DNA from: a virus
Length of the DNA: 64,000 bases
Strand: one strand, 5' to 3'
IMG/VR virus record: IMGVR_UViG_3300034102_002416
Shown here: piece after piece, positions 49,075-59,442 of the stretch
How the letters are laid out: each line of letters starts with the position of its first letter
How positions within the stretch are numbered: the stretch's first letter is position 1
Notes under the pieces: model-generated
What the model was told of the DNA's origin: nothing
Databases searched by the model: none
The model's input: only the letters and a program-made list of their open reading frames with translations
Made by a program: the position numbers and the translations under genes

Positions 49075-49446
49075 TTAAAATGGTAGGTCGTCATCGATTG
49101 ACTCAACACTATTGGTAACATTGGTATCTAATTTTTTAATTAATTCATCAAACTTATTTTCTAATGAATATAAACGTTCAAGTAAATAACGCAAATCAGC
49201 CTGTGCTAATTCAGAAGCAAATGTATCACCGGGTGTAGTTTTGCCAAAGTATTCATCTAGAAATGATTTTGGATATGTTGCTACTCGATTATATTCTGGT
49301 CTAGATAAGTCTGGTGGTAGATCTTGATAAATAACATGAATATTTTTTGACTTTGCAGCTTCATACACTTTTTGACCTAGTCCACTTTCTCGAGATGCTT
49401 TACCACTGTAATCATACAGTGACATATATTGATCATTACTCTTCAT
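49075..49446 (-). CDS. Hypothetical protein with acidic DDDLPF tail
   Basis: 123-aa ORF; SSB-like C-terminus. Confidence 0.6.
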   Translation of the reverse strand: MKSNDQYMSLYDYSGKASRESGLGQKVYEAAKSKNIHVIYQDLPPDLSRPEYNRVATYPKSFLDEYFGKTTPGDTFASELAQADLRYLLERLYSLENKFDELIKKLDTNVTNSVESIDDDLPF

Positions 49447-49449
49447 GGT

Positions 49450-49665
49450 TTAGTTATTTGGTTTAACCGTTATTGTATATTTTCTAGTATAACTAGAATC
49501 CTCGTTTTTTACTAACACACCTAGTACTGGTATAAATTCGTTAGGATCAAACATAATTGGTGTAACAACAACACTTAGATTGGAGTTTTCTAAAGCAATT
49601 TTAATTTGTTGAGTTATTGCCATCTCATTAACTTCTACTTTCATTTGGTCTTTATTATTGTTCAT
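49450..49665 (-). CDS. Hypothetical protein
   Basis: 71-aa ORF in gene run. Confidence 0.5.
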   Translation of the reverse strand: MNNNKDQMKVEVNEMAITQQIKIALENSNLSVVVTPIMFDPNEFIPVLGVLVKNEDSSYTRKYTITVKPNN

Positions 49666-50119
49666 AACTTGCTGAATTTCGTTCGTGTTCGTATACTTCT
49701 ATTTTGATAGCTTTTACTCGGCCTTCTGTTTCTTCTTTTAAGAATGCATTTATTACATAATATAAATGTTCTGCAAATTTTTCACATCCAGTAGCTGGTA
49801 AAATTCTTAATTGAATAATACCATCTTCATCCATTTGTTTGAATTTATCTAAATATGGATCATCTAATGCAACGATTGTAGTATGATCTAATAAAAATGT
49901 AAAATAATCTTTTGGAGACATACCTGCAATTTGAGTTTTAGAACGCTTCATACCGCCAAAATCCCATACCCAATTACGATGATCTAATTCTCCTTCAAAC
50001 CATACTCTAAATGATACAGCATATCCATGTAAGAATTTACAATGAGTATCTTCTGCTTTCCATTGACGGAAACAAGTTGAGTAACCATCAAATAATTTTG
50101 TTGAAATGTAACGTGCCAT
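49655..50119 (-). CDS. queD: 6-carboxytetrahydropterin synthase
   Basis: HCKFLHGY, VWDFG, LDH, CEKFAE, EVYEH. Confidence 0.85.
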   Translation of the reverse strand: MARYISTKLFDGYSTCFRQWKAEDTHCKFLHGYAVSFRVWFEGELDHRNWVWDFGGMKRSKTQIAGMSPKDYFTFLLDHTTIVALDDPYLDKFKQMDEDGIIQLRILPATGCEKFAEHLYYVINAFLKEETEGRVKAIKIEVYEHERNSASYEQ

Positions 50120-50120
50120 A

Positions 50121-50825
50121 TTAATTATTATAACCTTTTACAAATTGATAAAATTCTGATCTTGCGTTGCCATCTTCTAAAAATGCACCAGATAATTTCG
50201 CAGTTTTCATTGAAGCACCACCATGCTTAACTCCTCGACATTGCACACAGTTATGAGTTGCTTCAATCATTACTGCTACACCTTTATTGTTTTCGATAAG
50301 TTCATCAATTGCGTGGTGGATAGCAACAGTTAATTGTTCTTGAATTGCACCTCGTCTGCCAAAGTGCTCAACTACTCGATTCAATTTACTTAAACCAATA
50401 ACGTTGCTATTTTCACCCGGAATATATGCAACGTGAACTAGACCCATAATAGTTTGATGATGATGGCTACACATTGATGTTAATGGAATACCTCCTTCAA
50501 ACACAATGCCATCGTATCCATCACTTGGAAATGCTGTAATATCTGACATTGGTTCATATCGACCGGCCCATAAGTCATTTACATATGCCTTTGCTACTCG
50601 CCGAGGTGTATCAGCCGAGTTTGGATCAGATTCCCATGTTACGCCTAATGCGGTTAAGAATTGACCATAATGATATGCAGCTTTATCGATAATAGCTTGT
50701 TTTTCTTCTGTAGTCAATCTAGCATCTGGACCTTCAATCGATTGTTTTGTTGCTAACTGAATAGAAACTCCATTTGCAAAGCCAGGATGCACTAATTCTA
50801 AATTTGTTCTTTGTTTCGTTGTCAT
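50121..50825 (-). CDS. folE: GTP cyclohydrolase I
   Basis: TPRRVAK, SMCSHH, GLSKLNR, QEQLT, HNCVQCRGV. Confidence 0.95.
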   Translation of the reverse strand: MTTKQRTNLELVHPGFANGVSIQLATKQSIEGPDARLTTEEKQAIIDKAAYHYGQFLTALGVTWESDPNSADTPRRVAKAYVNDLWAGRYEPMSDITAFPSDGYDGIVFEGGIPLTSMCSHHHQTIMGLVHVAYIPGENSNVIGLSKLNRVVEHFGRRGAIQEQLTVAIHHAIDELIENNKGVAVMIEATHNCVQCRGVKHGGASMKTAKLSGAFLEDGNARSEFYQFVKGYNN

Positions 50826-50857
50826 AACTTGTTTTATTAATTATAATATAGAATATT

Positions 50858-51608
<751 letters not shown>

Positions 51609-51627
51609 ATTAATAAATATCTAAATA

Positions 51628-53484
51628 TTATTTTATCTCACACGCTCCACCAGCACAAGCTAATTCGCCTGATAAGTCGGTATTATCATCTAATTCAATT
51701 ACTTGACTCAAATCAATATTATGAAGAGATTTCATCATGTTCTCATATGTTTCTTGAGTACAATCTTCAAATGGAGCTTGTGTATAAGTTCCGCCATCAT
51801 ATGGCAATACTGATAATCCGTTATAATGATCTCTATTCTCCCACATCCATTCGCCAGCTAATTCCCATTCATCTGCTTTAAGTGAAACGGTTGCAGAAAC
51901 ATTGTGAGTATTATTTCCTGATCGGTGTCCTGGTTTAACCCATTCTAGGTGTACCTTTTTAATACGATCTAATAATTGGAATGGGGATTCTGTTCTCATA
52001 ATAGCGCCTTCTGGTGCTTTTTGAGGAATTGAAATAACTGCAGTGTCATGTGGACGGAAATACTCATCTTCAATAAGTTCTGGATGATTGATTGCTAGGT
52101 ATGAATAAATTGCTTCATTTTTTCCTACACGAATGCGACGAATATAATAATCATTGTGCCAAGCGTGAATACCTGATGATGTTCCTAATGCTAATGATGT
52201 CGTCCCTGCAGGCTTAACTGTGGTAGTACGAGCTGATTTGTTGATTCCAATCAATTCAGCTACCCGTACATTTTCTTCTTTAACTGCCTTTGCGGCAGCT
52301 TTCATATCATAGCCTAACACTGTTCCAGAACCGATTCCTGTCATGGATACTCCGATAAGGGCATCTTTCTCAGTCGTACGTTTCCATACTGGACGAAGAT
52401 AATGAAAATCAGTGTAACCTGCTTGAAGTGTTCCAATAAATGCTGCTGCTCGTACTCTTGCTTCTAAATCTTCTTGTGATTCGATGTCAGACGCGTTAAC
52501 TTCACATAAATTACAGAACTGAAATGGTCGTAATGCAATTTCACAACATGGATTCGTTCCCCAATCTTTATCATTTGTTAAATAAATTCCTGGTTCACCT
52601 GCTCCTGACAATTCAACACGTTTCCATAAATCCATAAAGAATTCTTTTGTTAATTTATGACGCATTAATGTTGCTGAATTGTTTGCACGCCCTCGTTGTG
52701 GATTATGCTCCCACCAATTACCAGATTTGCATGAAATCATTTCTTCATCATCGGCACTAAAAAGACTAATAAGAGCTGCTCTACGAATACCCCCGGCTAA
52801 TACTGCATCTGCAATATGACAAACCATATCGTGTACTTCAATAGCAGTTAATTTATCGCCATCTTCTTTTGCATCTAAGATACCGGCTAATTTAATTAAA
52901 CATTCTTTAAGTGGTTGTGGGCCTGGTGCTTTTCCTCCGGATGTTACTAAACGAGCACCTTTGGCACGAATATCCGAAAAATCAAATGTAAACGTAGATC
53001 CACCTTCGAAATACGATTTAACTAATGCCTTTACTGCATCAGCCCATCCTTCGATCGAATCCGCGATAAGATATCTTCGTGTTTTCTTTGGATTAGGTTT
53101 ACGAATTTCAGGCAATTTTTCTACGTGATGTGTTTGAACTGAATATCCTACACCAGTACCGCCTAAAAGTAAAAACATTGCTTCGCCAAATGCTCGATAA
53201 TCATCAATTGGTAAATATGCACAGTTATAAATTCGGTTAGGGGAGATTTCAATTGGTTTTCCGCCGAATTGCAAACTACGCATCGATGGTAATACTTTTT
53301 TATCATAAACAAATTTATATGCAGCTTCAATTTCATCTCGCAAATGCGGATACTTCTTTTGATGCATTTCTTTGTTTCTCGTAACTAATTCTTCCCATGT
53401 TTCTCGACGATTGAGCTCGGGAACATACTTTGCATACTTCATGTATACTGTAATTTCACTTAAAATTTTGTTTGAAATCTCCAT
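51628..53484 (-). CDS. nrdJ: Class II (adenosylcobalamin-dependent) ribonucleotide reductase
   Basis: RRETWEE, LPSMR, YNCAY, NPCCEI, CNL.E, TVKPAGT, C-terminal CAGGAC; no NrdB in window. Confidence 0.88.
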   Translation of the reverse strand: MEISNKILSEITVYMKYAKYVPELNRRETWEELVTRNKEMHQKKYPHLRDEIEAAYKFVYDKKVLPSMRSLQFGGKPIEISPNRIYNCAYLPIDDYRAFGEAMFLLLGGTGVGYSVQTHHVEKLPEIRKPNPKKTRRYLIADSIEGWADAVKALVKSYFEGGSTFTFDFSDIRAKGARLVTSGGKAPGPQPLKECLIKLAGILDAKEDGDKLTAIEVHDMVCHIADAVLAGGIRRAALISLFSADDEEMISCKSGNWWEHNPQRGRANNSATLMRHKLTKEFFMDLWKRVELSGAGEPGIYLTNDKDWGTNPCCEIALRPFQFCNLCEVNASDIESQEDLEARVRAAAFIGTLQAGYTDFHYLRPVWKRTTEKDALIGVSMTGIGSGTVLGYDMKAAAKAVKEENVRVAELIGINKSARTTTVKPAGTTSLALGTSSGIHAWHNDYYIRRIRVGKNEAIYSYLAINHPELIEDEYFRPHDTAVISIPQKAPEGAIMRTESPFQLLDRIKKVHLEWVKPGHRSGNNTHNVSATVSLKADEWELAGEWMWENRDHYNGLSVLPYDGGTYTQAPFEDCTQETYENMMKSLHNIDLSQVIELDDNTDLSGELACAGGACEIK

Positions 53485-53528
53485 GTTGTAATCTCTTTAA
53501 TTTAAAAAATATAAATGTTTATTAGATA

Positions 53529-53557
53529 AAAAAAGGGCCGAATATTATCCGGACCTC
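53529..53557 (-). terminator. Intrinsic terminator after helicase
   Basis: AGGTCCGGATAATATTCGGCCC hairpin plus T6 on minus strand. Confidence 0.55.
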
Positions 53558-53576
53558 ATTTTATATAAATATGGTT

Positions 53577-54944
53577 TTATCCTAAAGTTCCACCCAAATC
53601 TTTGAATTTTTGTGCTAAATTTTTCTTCATAACATTTTCGCCTGTTTTCATAACTTGTGTGGTCTGTTTGCCTTGTGTTGTTTGTGGCTCAAAAAATTGA
53701 AATTGGCCGTTGTTTGTGTTAATTTTACTAGGCAAGGTAATGCCATCTGGGCCGAACCGATTCTTAATAACGTGACCTCTACCTGTACCTGACATTTTAT
53801 CTTCAACCTTACGAGACAATGACATCAAGAAGTCAGCTACCATCACTTTTCCATATGATGATGCAATTTTATCTGCTTCAATAATATCTTCTTCTAACGC
53901 ACTTCGACCTGCTTGTGATGCCGTCCAAACCGGAATATCATACTCACCTGCCATTCCTCGTAACTCCTCGTAAAGTTCTTCTAATGCCTCGTGTTTGTCC
54001 TTTTTTGTATTGATTTTTAACAAATCACCATAATCTACAATTACAACATCTGGCTTTTTACCTAGCATAATAGTTTTTTCTAAATGAGCTTTTAATCCCA
54101 TTACGCCAACTGATTTAGTTGGAAAATATTTTACAATCAAATCACCGCGTAAACTTTTCATTTTATCTTCAACTGTGTCTTGATGATTTTTTAAGCTCTG
54201 TGCATTAATACCAGTTAATACCGAATCATAACGTTGTCCTACATAATTTTCATTAAGTTCTAATGTGTAATGTATTACGGTATGACCTGCCTTTACTGCA
54301 TTAGCTCCAATGTTAATTAAGAGCCATGATTTACCAATACCAGCTGGTGCCATTACTACACCTAATTCACCTGGAGCTAATCCGCCGTCCATTAAATCAT
54401 CAATAACATCCCATCCGGTTGTAATTGTATGACGCGATGCTTCGGCGTATCGAGCTGATATATTAAGTTTATATTCTAACCCAATATTAGTATCAGCACC
54501 AGCTTTCATTGCTGTATCAATCTTTGACTTTATTTCATCATAATTTCCACGTTGCAACAAATTAACCGAATCCATAATTGCCCGTTTAATTTCCTGATTT
54601 TTACAGAAATTAAGTATTTCATCTTTGACAAAACTTAAATCATCTGATTCCATGTATCGGAACACATCTTTAAGTTGTTCTAGTATTGCAGTTTTAAGTA
54701 TAGATTCTGGACCAGATTCACTTAATGCAGTTAATCGAACTTTTAAAACATCTTTTGTTGGGGGTGTTTTATATTGTTGAAAATGATCTAAAACTGTTTC
54801 TAATACCCAATTATTTGCATCTGATTCGAAATACTCTGGGCGAATAATATCGGCAATTTGTTGTAAAAATATTCGGTCGGTAAACATTGCTGCTAAAACT
54901 TTTACTTGAAAGCTCCAGCCATATTCCGATAGTTTATCTGTCAT
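53577..54944 (-). CDS. Replicative DnaB-like helicase (gp41-like)
   Basis: APAGIGKS, TLEL, VDYGD, WTASQ, KNRFG. Confidence 0.93.
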   Translation of the reverse strand: MTDKLSEYGWSFQVKVLAAMFTDRIFLQQIADIIRPEYFESDANNWVLETVLDHFQQYKTPPTKDVLKVRLTALSESGPESILKTAILEQLKDVFRYMESDDLSFVKDEILNFCKNQEIKRAIMDSVNLLQRGNYDEIKSKIDTAMKAGADTNIGLEYKLNISARYAEASRHTITTGWDVIDDLMDGGLAPGELGVVMAPAGIGKSWLLINIGANAVKAGHTVIHYTLELNENYVGQRYDSVLTGINAQSLKNHQDTVEDKMKSLRGDLIVKYFPTKSVGVMGLKAHLEKTIMLGKKPDVVIVDYGDLLKINTKKDKHEALEELYEELRGMAGEYDIPVWTASQAGRSALEEDIIEADKIASSYGKVMVADFLMSLSRKVEDKMSGTGRGHVIKNRFGPDGITLPSKINTNNGQFQFFEPQTTQGKQTTQVMKTGENVMKKNLAQKFKDLGGTLG

Positions 54945-54980
54945 AAACTTATTATATAATAGTTATGTATAAATTCCAAG

Positions 54981-56039
54981 TTATTTTTTATGTGTTTGTT
55001 GTGCAAATGCATTTAGTGATAACCATGTATTATTTAACCAATCTGGTAAATTTTTCATAGTTGACCACATTTTGTCTTCCATGAATAATCTTTGAAATTC
55101 CATTTTGTTCATCATTGGAATCGGCTGATCTAATATACCTCGAATTACCGTAGCACTCTGAGCTGGAATATCTAATAATTTAATATTCATTAAACGATAA
55201 TTCTTATCAATAGTATCCTGATTTTCTAGTATTTTACCATATGTTTTTGATTCATTTAAATTATTAGTGCATTTATTAAATAATGCATCTAACGTAAACT
55301 CAGTAGTATCAGCAAGTTCGGGTAATGTTTTTATAATTGTCTTTGGACCTATTCCAGATACCCCGGGTATGTTGTCAGAGGTGTCGCCTGTAAATGTTCG
55401 ATAAATAACATAGTTATTTGGATGTACTCCAAATTCATCTAATAATGCTTGTTCGTCATACATTTTCTTTTTGATAGGCGACCATACTTGAATTGTAGGA
55501 CTTATTAACTGATAAAAATCTCTATCCGTTGAAACTATGGTAATTTTTTTAGAAATACCTTGATACATATCAGCAATATATGCAATCGTATCATCTGCTT
55601 CGATACCATCAATTGAAATAAATGTTACTGGTAAATTATCTAGATATGATACTAATCGAGAAAATTGCCAACGCATTGCTTCCTGTTCATCTTCAATTGT
55701 AGCAAATTGTTGATGATCGTGTCTACGTAAACGTGTTTTATTTGCTCGATTACCTTTATAATCGCCGTAAATCTTTCTGCGACGAGCAGATCCGCCTCTA
55801 CCATCAAACACGATAACTAACCGAGATGGTTTAAAATCTCGAACTACTTTACCTATTGAAAATAAAAATCCAGTAATTCCTCCGATATGATCACCATCTT
55901 CATTTGTAGATGGAGTTGCTCCAAACGCTCTAATAAAGGTGTTTAGCCCATCAAGCACCATAATATGATCATTGACACTTGATGGACTATTTTCCTTTTC
56001 TTGTTGTAACTGTTTGAATAGCTGTTGATACCTGTTCAT
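54981..56039 (-). CDS. 5'-3' exonuclease / RNase H (FEN family)
   Basis: DGLN, FDG, YKGNR, EADD, STDRD, GDTSDNIPGV.GIGPKT. Confidence 0.93.
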   Translation of the reverse strand: MNRYQQLFKQLQQEKENSPSSVNDHIMVLDGLNTFIRAFGATPSTNEDGDHIGGITGFLFSIGKVVRDFKPSRLVIVFDGRGGSARRRKIYGDYKGNRANKTRLRRHDHQQFATIEDEQEAMRWQFSRLVSYLDNLPVTFISIDGIEADDTIAYIADMYQGISKKITIVSTDRDFYQLISPTIQVWSPIKKKMYDEQALLDEFGVHPNNYVIYRTFTGDTSDNIPGVSGIGPKTIIKTLPELADTTEFTLDALFNKCTNNLNESKTYGKILENQDTIDKNYRLMNIKLLDIPAQSATVIRGILDQPIPMMNKMEFQRLFMEDKMWSTMKNLPDWLNNTWLSLNAFAQQTHKK

Positions 56040-57202
56040 TAAGCTTCTTCGTCTATAACCTCATCTGTAATAATTACGTCATCAATACCGCCATCGATAC
56101 CAGCTTGATACTTAAAGATATACGCATCGCATATTCTTTTATACAATCGATCTTTAATCTCTGGTTGATTGATTACCTTATCTACAAATGTTTTTGATTG
56201 AAATTTAATTTCTCCAAATACTTCTCCAGTTTCAATATCAGTGTCATCTAATGTATAATGAGCTCCTGATTGTTTTACTAGATTGTATTTTTTCATTGTT
56301 TCAAGCCATCCACCATAGTTATCAATACCACTATCATAATAGATGTCATAGTTGATTTTTCGATGCGGAGGACCCATTCTGTTTTTCACTACTTGTACTT
56401 CAGTCTTACTTCCTACCACTTGTTCAACGCCTTCAACTTTGGCTTTAATCATTCCAGTATTCTTAAGACGAAGACGTACAGATGCATGAAATGGAATCGC
56501 TTTACCACCCGATGTTGTCCACGCATCGCCGAATGATACCCCTAATTTAGTTCGTAACTGATTAGTCATAATCAAACAAATTCTTTCTCGTGCAATCCAG
56601 TTAGTTACCTTACGCATTGCTTTTGATAGAATAATTGATTTACTGGTAGCATATCCATCTTTGTCATATTCAGCAGCCATTTCTATTTTTGTAGATGCAC
56701 CCATAATAGAGTCAACAATAATAGTAACGAGACGATCTTTATCTGATTTACGTACCTGTTCAACAATAGTTTCAATTGTTTCAAAAATTTCTTCTACTGT
56801 TTCTAATGGAACATATAACATTGATTTCAAATCAATTCCAATAGCTGACATAAATTCAGCACTAGTTGCTGCTTCTGTATCAATATAAACTGCTAATCCA
56901 CCTTTTTTCTGTGTTTCTGCAGCTACATGAGATACTAATAAAGACTTACCTGATGCTTCTAATCCGGTAACTTCAGTTATCCGACCTACTGGGAATCCTC
57001 CGTTCGATCGGTTTGAAATCGCTAAATCGAGCATATCACAACCAGATGAAATCCATTCTGTTACATTGCTTGGTGAATCAGCATCTCCTTCTAAAAAGAA
57101 AGCTGTTTTAAGAGCTTGCCCTTTAAATTGCTTGTTAATGCTATCAGCTAATGTACTTGCTAATGAGTCTTCCAGTTCCAGTTTGCTTTTACTCTTTGCC
57201 AT
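56039..57202 (-). CDS. recA: RecA/UvsX recombinase
   Basis: GLEASGKS, YIDTE, VDSI, TNQLR, SGGKA..F.AS.R, KNRMGPP. Confidence 0.93.
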   Translation of the reverse strand: MAKSKSKLELEDSLASTLADSINKQFKGQALKTAFFLEGDADSPSNVTEWISSGCDMLDLAISNRSNGGFPVGRITEVTGLEASGKSLLVSHVAAETQKKGGLAVYIDTEAATSAEFMSAIGIDLKSMLYVPLETVEEIFETIETIVEQVRKSDKDRLVTIIVDSIMGASTKIEMAAEYDKDGYATSKSIILSKAMRKVTNWIARERICLIMTNQLRTKLGVSFGDAWTTSGGKAIPFHASVRLRLKNTGMIKAKVEGVEQVVGSKTEVQVVKNRMGPPHRKINYDIYYDSGIDNYGGWLETMKKYNLVKQSGAHYTLDDTDIETGEVFGEIKFQSKTFVDKVINQPEIKDRLYKRICDAYIFKYQAGIDGGIDDVIITDEVIDEEA

Positions 57203-57215
57203 TTATAACTCCTTC

Positions 57216-57992
57216 TTAATTAAAAAGATCATTGAATGCTGATGCTACGTCATCAACTTTACCTGCTACTGGCTTTGCAGCTTTTGCTGGTGTTGAAACG
57301 CCTTGTGCCTCTTCTTCTTCATCAGCTGCTACATCTGAATCTGCATTTTCAGGATTCATCCATTCTGTTAATGCAACTTCTAACTCTTCATAAGTTGGTT
57401 CAGGAAATATGTCAGTAATTACTGGTTGATTCATAATCTTTTCAGCAATTGCTTTATCTTCTGTTGCTGGCTGTGTGTTTGGTTTCACTCGAATTGCAGT
57501 TTTTGGAAATGCACCACCTTCTGCAGGAGTAAATTCTACATCAATATCACGACCATTCATTAAATCTGTAATGTCTCCATAGTCTGGATCAGAGATAATT
57601 GATAATAGTTCTGCGTAGATAGTTTTACCAAATCCCCAAAACTTTACACCTTCTGCTTCTTTACCGCGCACGATAACAGGTACATAAGTTCTCATTTTAG
57701 GCTCAATTTTACGACCCATCATCCATTCATCCTTATCGCCAGTTTTTTTTAGTTTGTCTGAAAACTCTACGATTGGATCTGCATTGCCGAATGAGATCGG
57801 TGATAACATTGATCTTTTGCCAATGTCGTAATGAAAATACAATTCTAAGAATGGATTGTCTTTTCTGTGCACATATGGCACGATACGGATTCTTGTTTTA
57901 CCTGCTTCAGGTTTCCACAAATTGTTTTTCTTTTCATCAGTTTTGTTCAACTGATTGAGTTTTGCCTTTATGGCATCTAAATTTAAGCCCAT
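57216..57992 (-). CDS. Single-stranded DNA-binding protein (gp32-like)
   Basis: WKP...RIRIVP, WGFGKT, DITD...GRD; acidic tail ending FNDLFN. Confidence 0.85.
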   Translation of the reverse strand: MGLNLDAIKAKLNQLNKTDEKKNNLWKPEAGKTRIRIVPYVHRKDNPFLELYFHYDIGKRSMLSPISFGNADPIVEFSDKLKKTGDKDEWMMGRKIEPKMRTYVPVIVRGKEAEGVKFWGFGKTIYAELLSIISDPDYGDITDLMNGRDIDVEFTPAEGGAFPKTAIRVKPNTQPATEDKAIAEKIMNQPVITDIFPEPTYEELEVALTEWMNPENADSDVAADEEEEAQGVSTPAKAAKPVAGKVDDVASAFNDLFN

Positions 57993-58096
57993 TGGTTAAA
58001 TCCTTTTTTAATTGGTTAATAAAATATAAAATATTAATTACATTATAAGTAATTAAATCGTTAAATCAAAGTAATTTGTTAAGTTTTTTTTTGTTT

Positions 58097-58597
58097 TTAA
58101 AATAAATAATCCATAATCGTAGAATCACTTATTCCATATTTTGTAGCAATATCTTCATCCTGTATTTCTACATTTTGAATATCACCATCTTCATCATATG
58201 TAACTGTCAAATCGATAGTATCGGTACCAACTTTAAGTTCACAGTCAAATGTAATGTCGGATACTAATCTGGTTTGATCATATGCACCAGTTGGATCATT
58301 TTTACTTTCAATATCTTGTTTGATGTCGTTCACAATATCTTGAAATGTATTTTTATCATCAATTCCAGATCCTTGAAAATACATAGATGTAATACCAGAA
58401 ATGTTGGTATCATAATCAACTCGGTTAATATGAAGTTTTAAATTCTTAGGATCAAACATTGGATTACCTGTTCGAGGATCTCGATTGGCACCATCGAATC
58501 CTAATTTATTTTCCAAATCACTTAAATCAGCTTCGTGTAGATTTTTTGTATTAAAACGACGCATATTTTCTGCTAGGATGTTTTCTAGTTTTTTCAT
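58097..58597 (-). CDS. Leader-cassette protein (ENMRRF family), acidic
   Basis: MKKLENILAENMRRFNTKNLHE. Confidence 0.75.
   Translation of the reverse strand: MKKLENILAENMRRFNTKNLHEADLSDLENKLGFDGANRDPRTGNPMFDPKNLKLHINRVDYDTNISGITSMYFQGSGIDDKNTFQDIVNDIKQDIESKNDPTGAYDQTRLVSDITFDCELKVGTDTIDLTVTYDEDGDIQNVEIQDEDIATKYGISDSTIMDYLF
58557..58576. repeat. 20-bp dispersed repeat, copy 3
   Basis: CGACGCATATTTTCTGCTAG. Confidence 0.9.
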
Positions 58598-58603
58598 AAT
58601 TAC

Positions 58604-59029
58604 TTATTTTGAAAATCGATATGCGTAACTGCTAGTATCGCCGGATTGGATTGCATATGCGTGTTGTAACATACGATTAAGATTATCTCTTACATCTCGG
58701 TAAGTTCCTTGCCATCCGCTATATGTTTTTGAATATGGATATAATTCTAAAAATGCATTTATAAAATCCATAGTAGTCGCACTGCCAGGCGTTTTATCTT
58801 TATAGATTGATAACAAATCCATCACATCATTTTTAAACTCAGCCATATCAATACGAGCTCGTTTTATTCTAGAATAGTTTTGTTCTAGTTTAGATAAAAA
58901 ACTATCCTGTATTCTTTGATCTGCTTCGGCATCTAATCCAGTCGTTTTACCTAATTGTGCTGGCGACTTATAATCAGCAGGATTCCATTTCTGCTCATCT
59001 TCTTTTAATAAATGTTTTAATTTTAGCAT
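58604..59029 (-). CDS. Hypothetical protein with N-terminal leader
   Basis: Leader MLKLKHLLKE; late motif at 59049-59056. Confidence 0.7.
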   Translation of the reverse strand: MLKLKHLLKEDEQKWNPADYKSPAQLGKTTGLDAEADQRIQDSFLSKLEQNYSRIKRARIDMAEFKNDVMDLLSIYKDKTPGSATTMDFINAFLELYPYSKTYSGWQGTYRDVRDNLNRMLQHAYAIQSGDTSSYAYRFSK

Positions 59030-59055
59030 AGTTATTCCTATTACTTATATAAATA

Positions 59056-59442
59056 TCAATTCCAAGTAATTTTCTTAAAAAATACCAATCCAACAACACG
59101 ATATCCAGCATCATCTGTTAATATAAATGAATTTTGATATTTACTCCAATCCAATTGATATGTTTTATCTAAAACTCCGTTATTAACCGTTCGTATAACT
59201 TCATTAAGTGCATTAACCGTATACAAGGTATTTGTTTCTTTTTTACGGTGTATGCTTATTGTGTTTTGTCCTCTGCGACCAGAATCGATAGCATTGTATG
59301 TGCAATACAAATTGTCTGCATGATCTTCGTTTGCAAATACAAATATTCGACGTTCTGGAATCTCGTAGTTATGTTGTATGTATTCGGATATAATGTTTAA
59401 ATCCGTTTTATGTGCAAATGTGCAAAGTAGTTGTGTTTTCAA
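59056..59442 (-). CDS. Hypothetical phage protein
   Basis: QLLCTF...HRKKETNTLYTVNALN; TTG start overlapping the upstream stop. Confidence 0.7.
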   Translation of the reverse strand: MKTQLLCTFAHKTDLNIISEYIQHNYEIPERRIFVFANEDHADNLYCTYNAIDSGRRGQNTISIHRKKETNTLYTVNALNEVIRTVNNGVLDKTYQLDWSKYQNSFILTDDAGYRVVGLVFFKKITWN

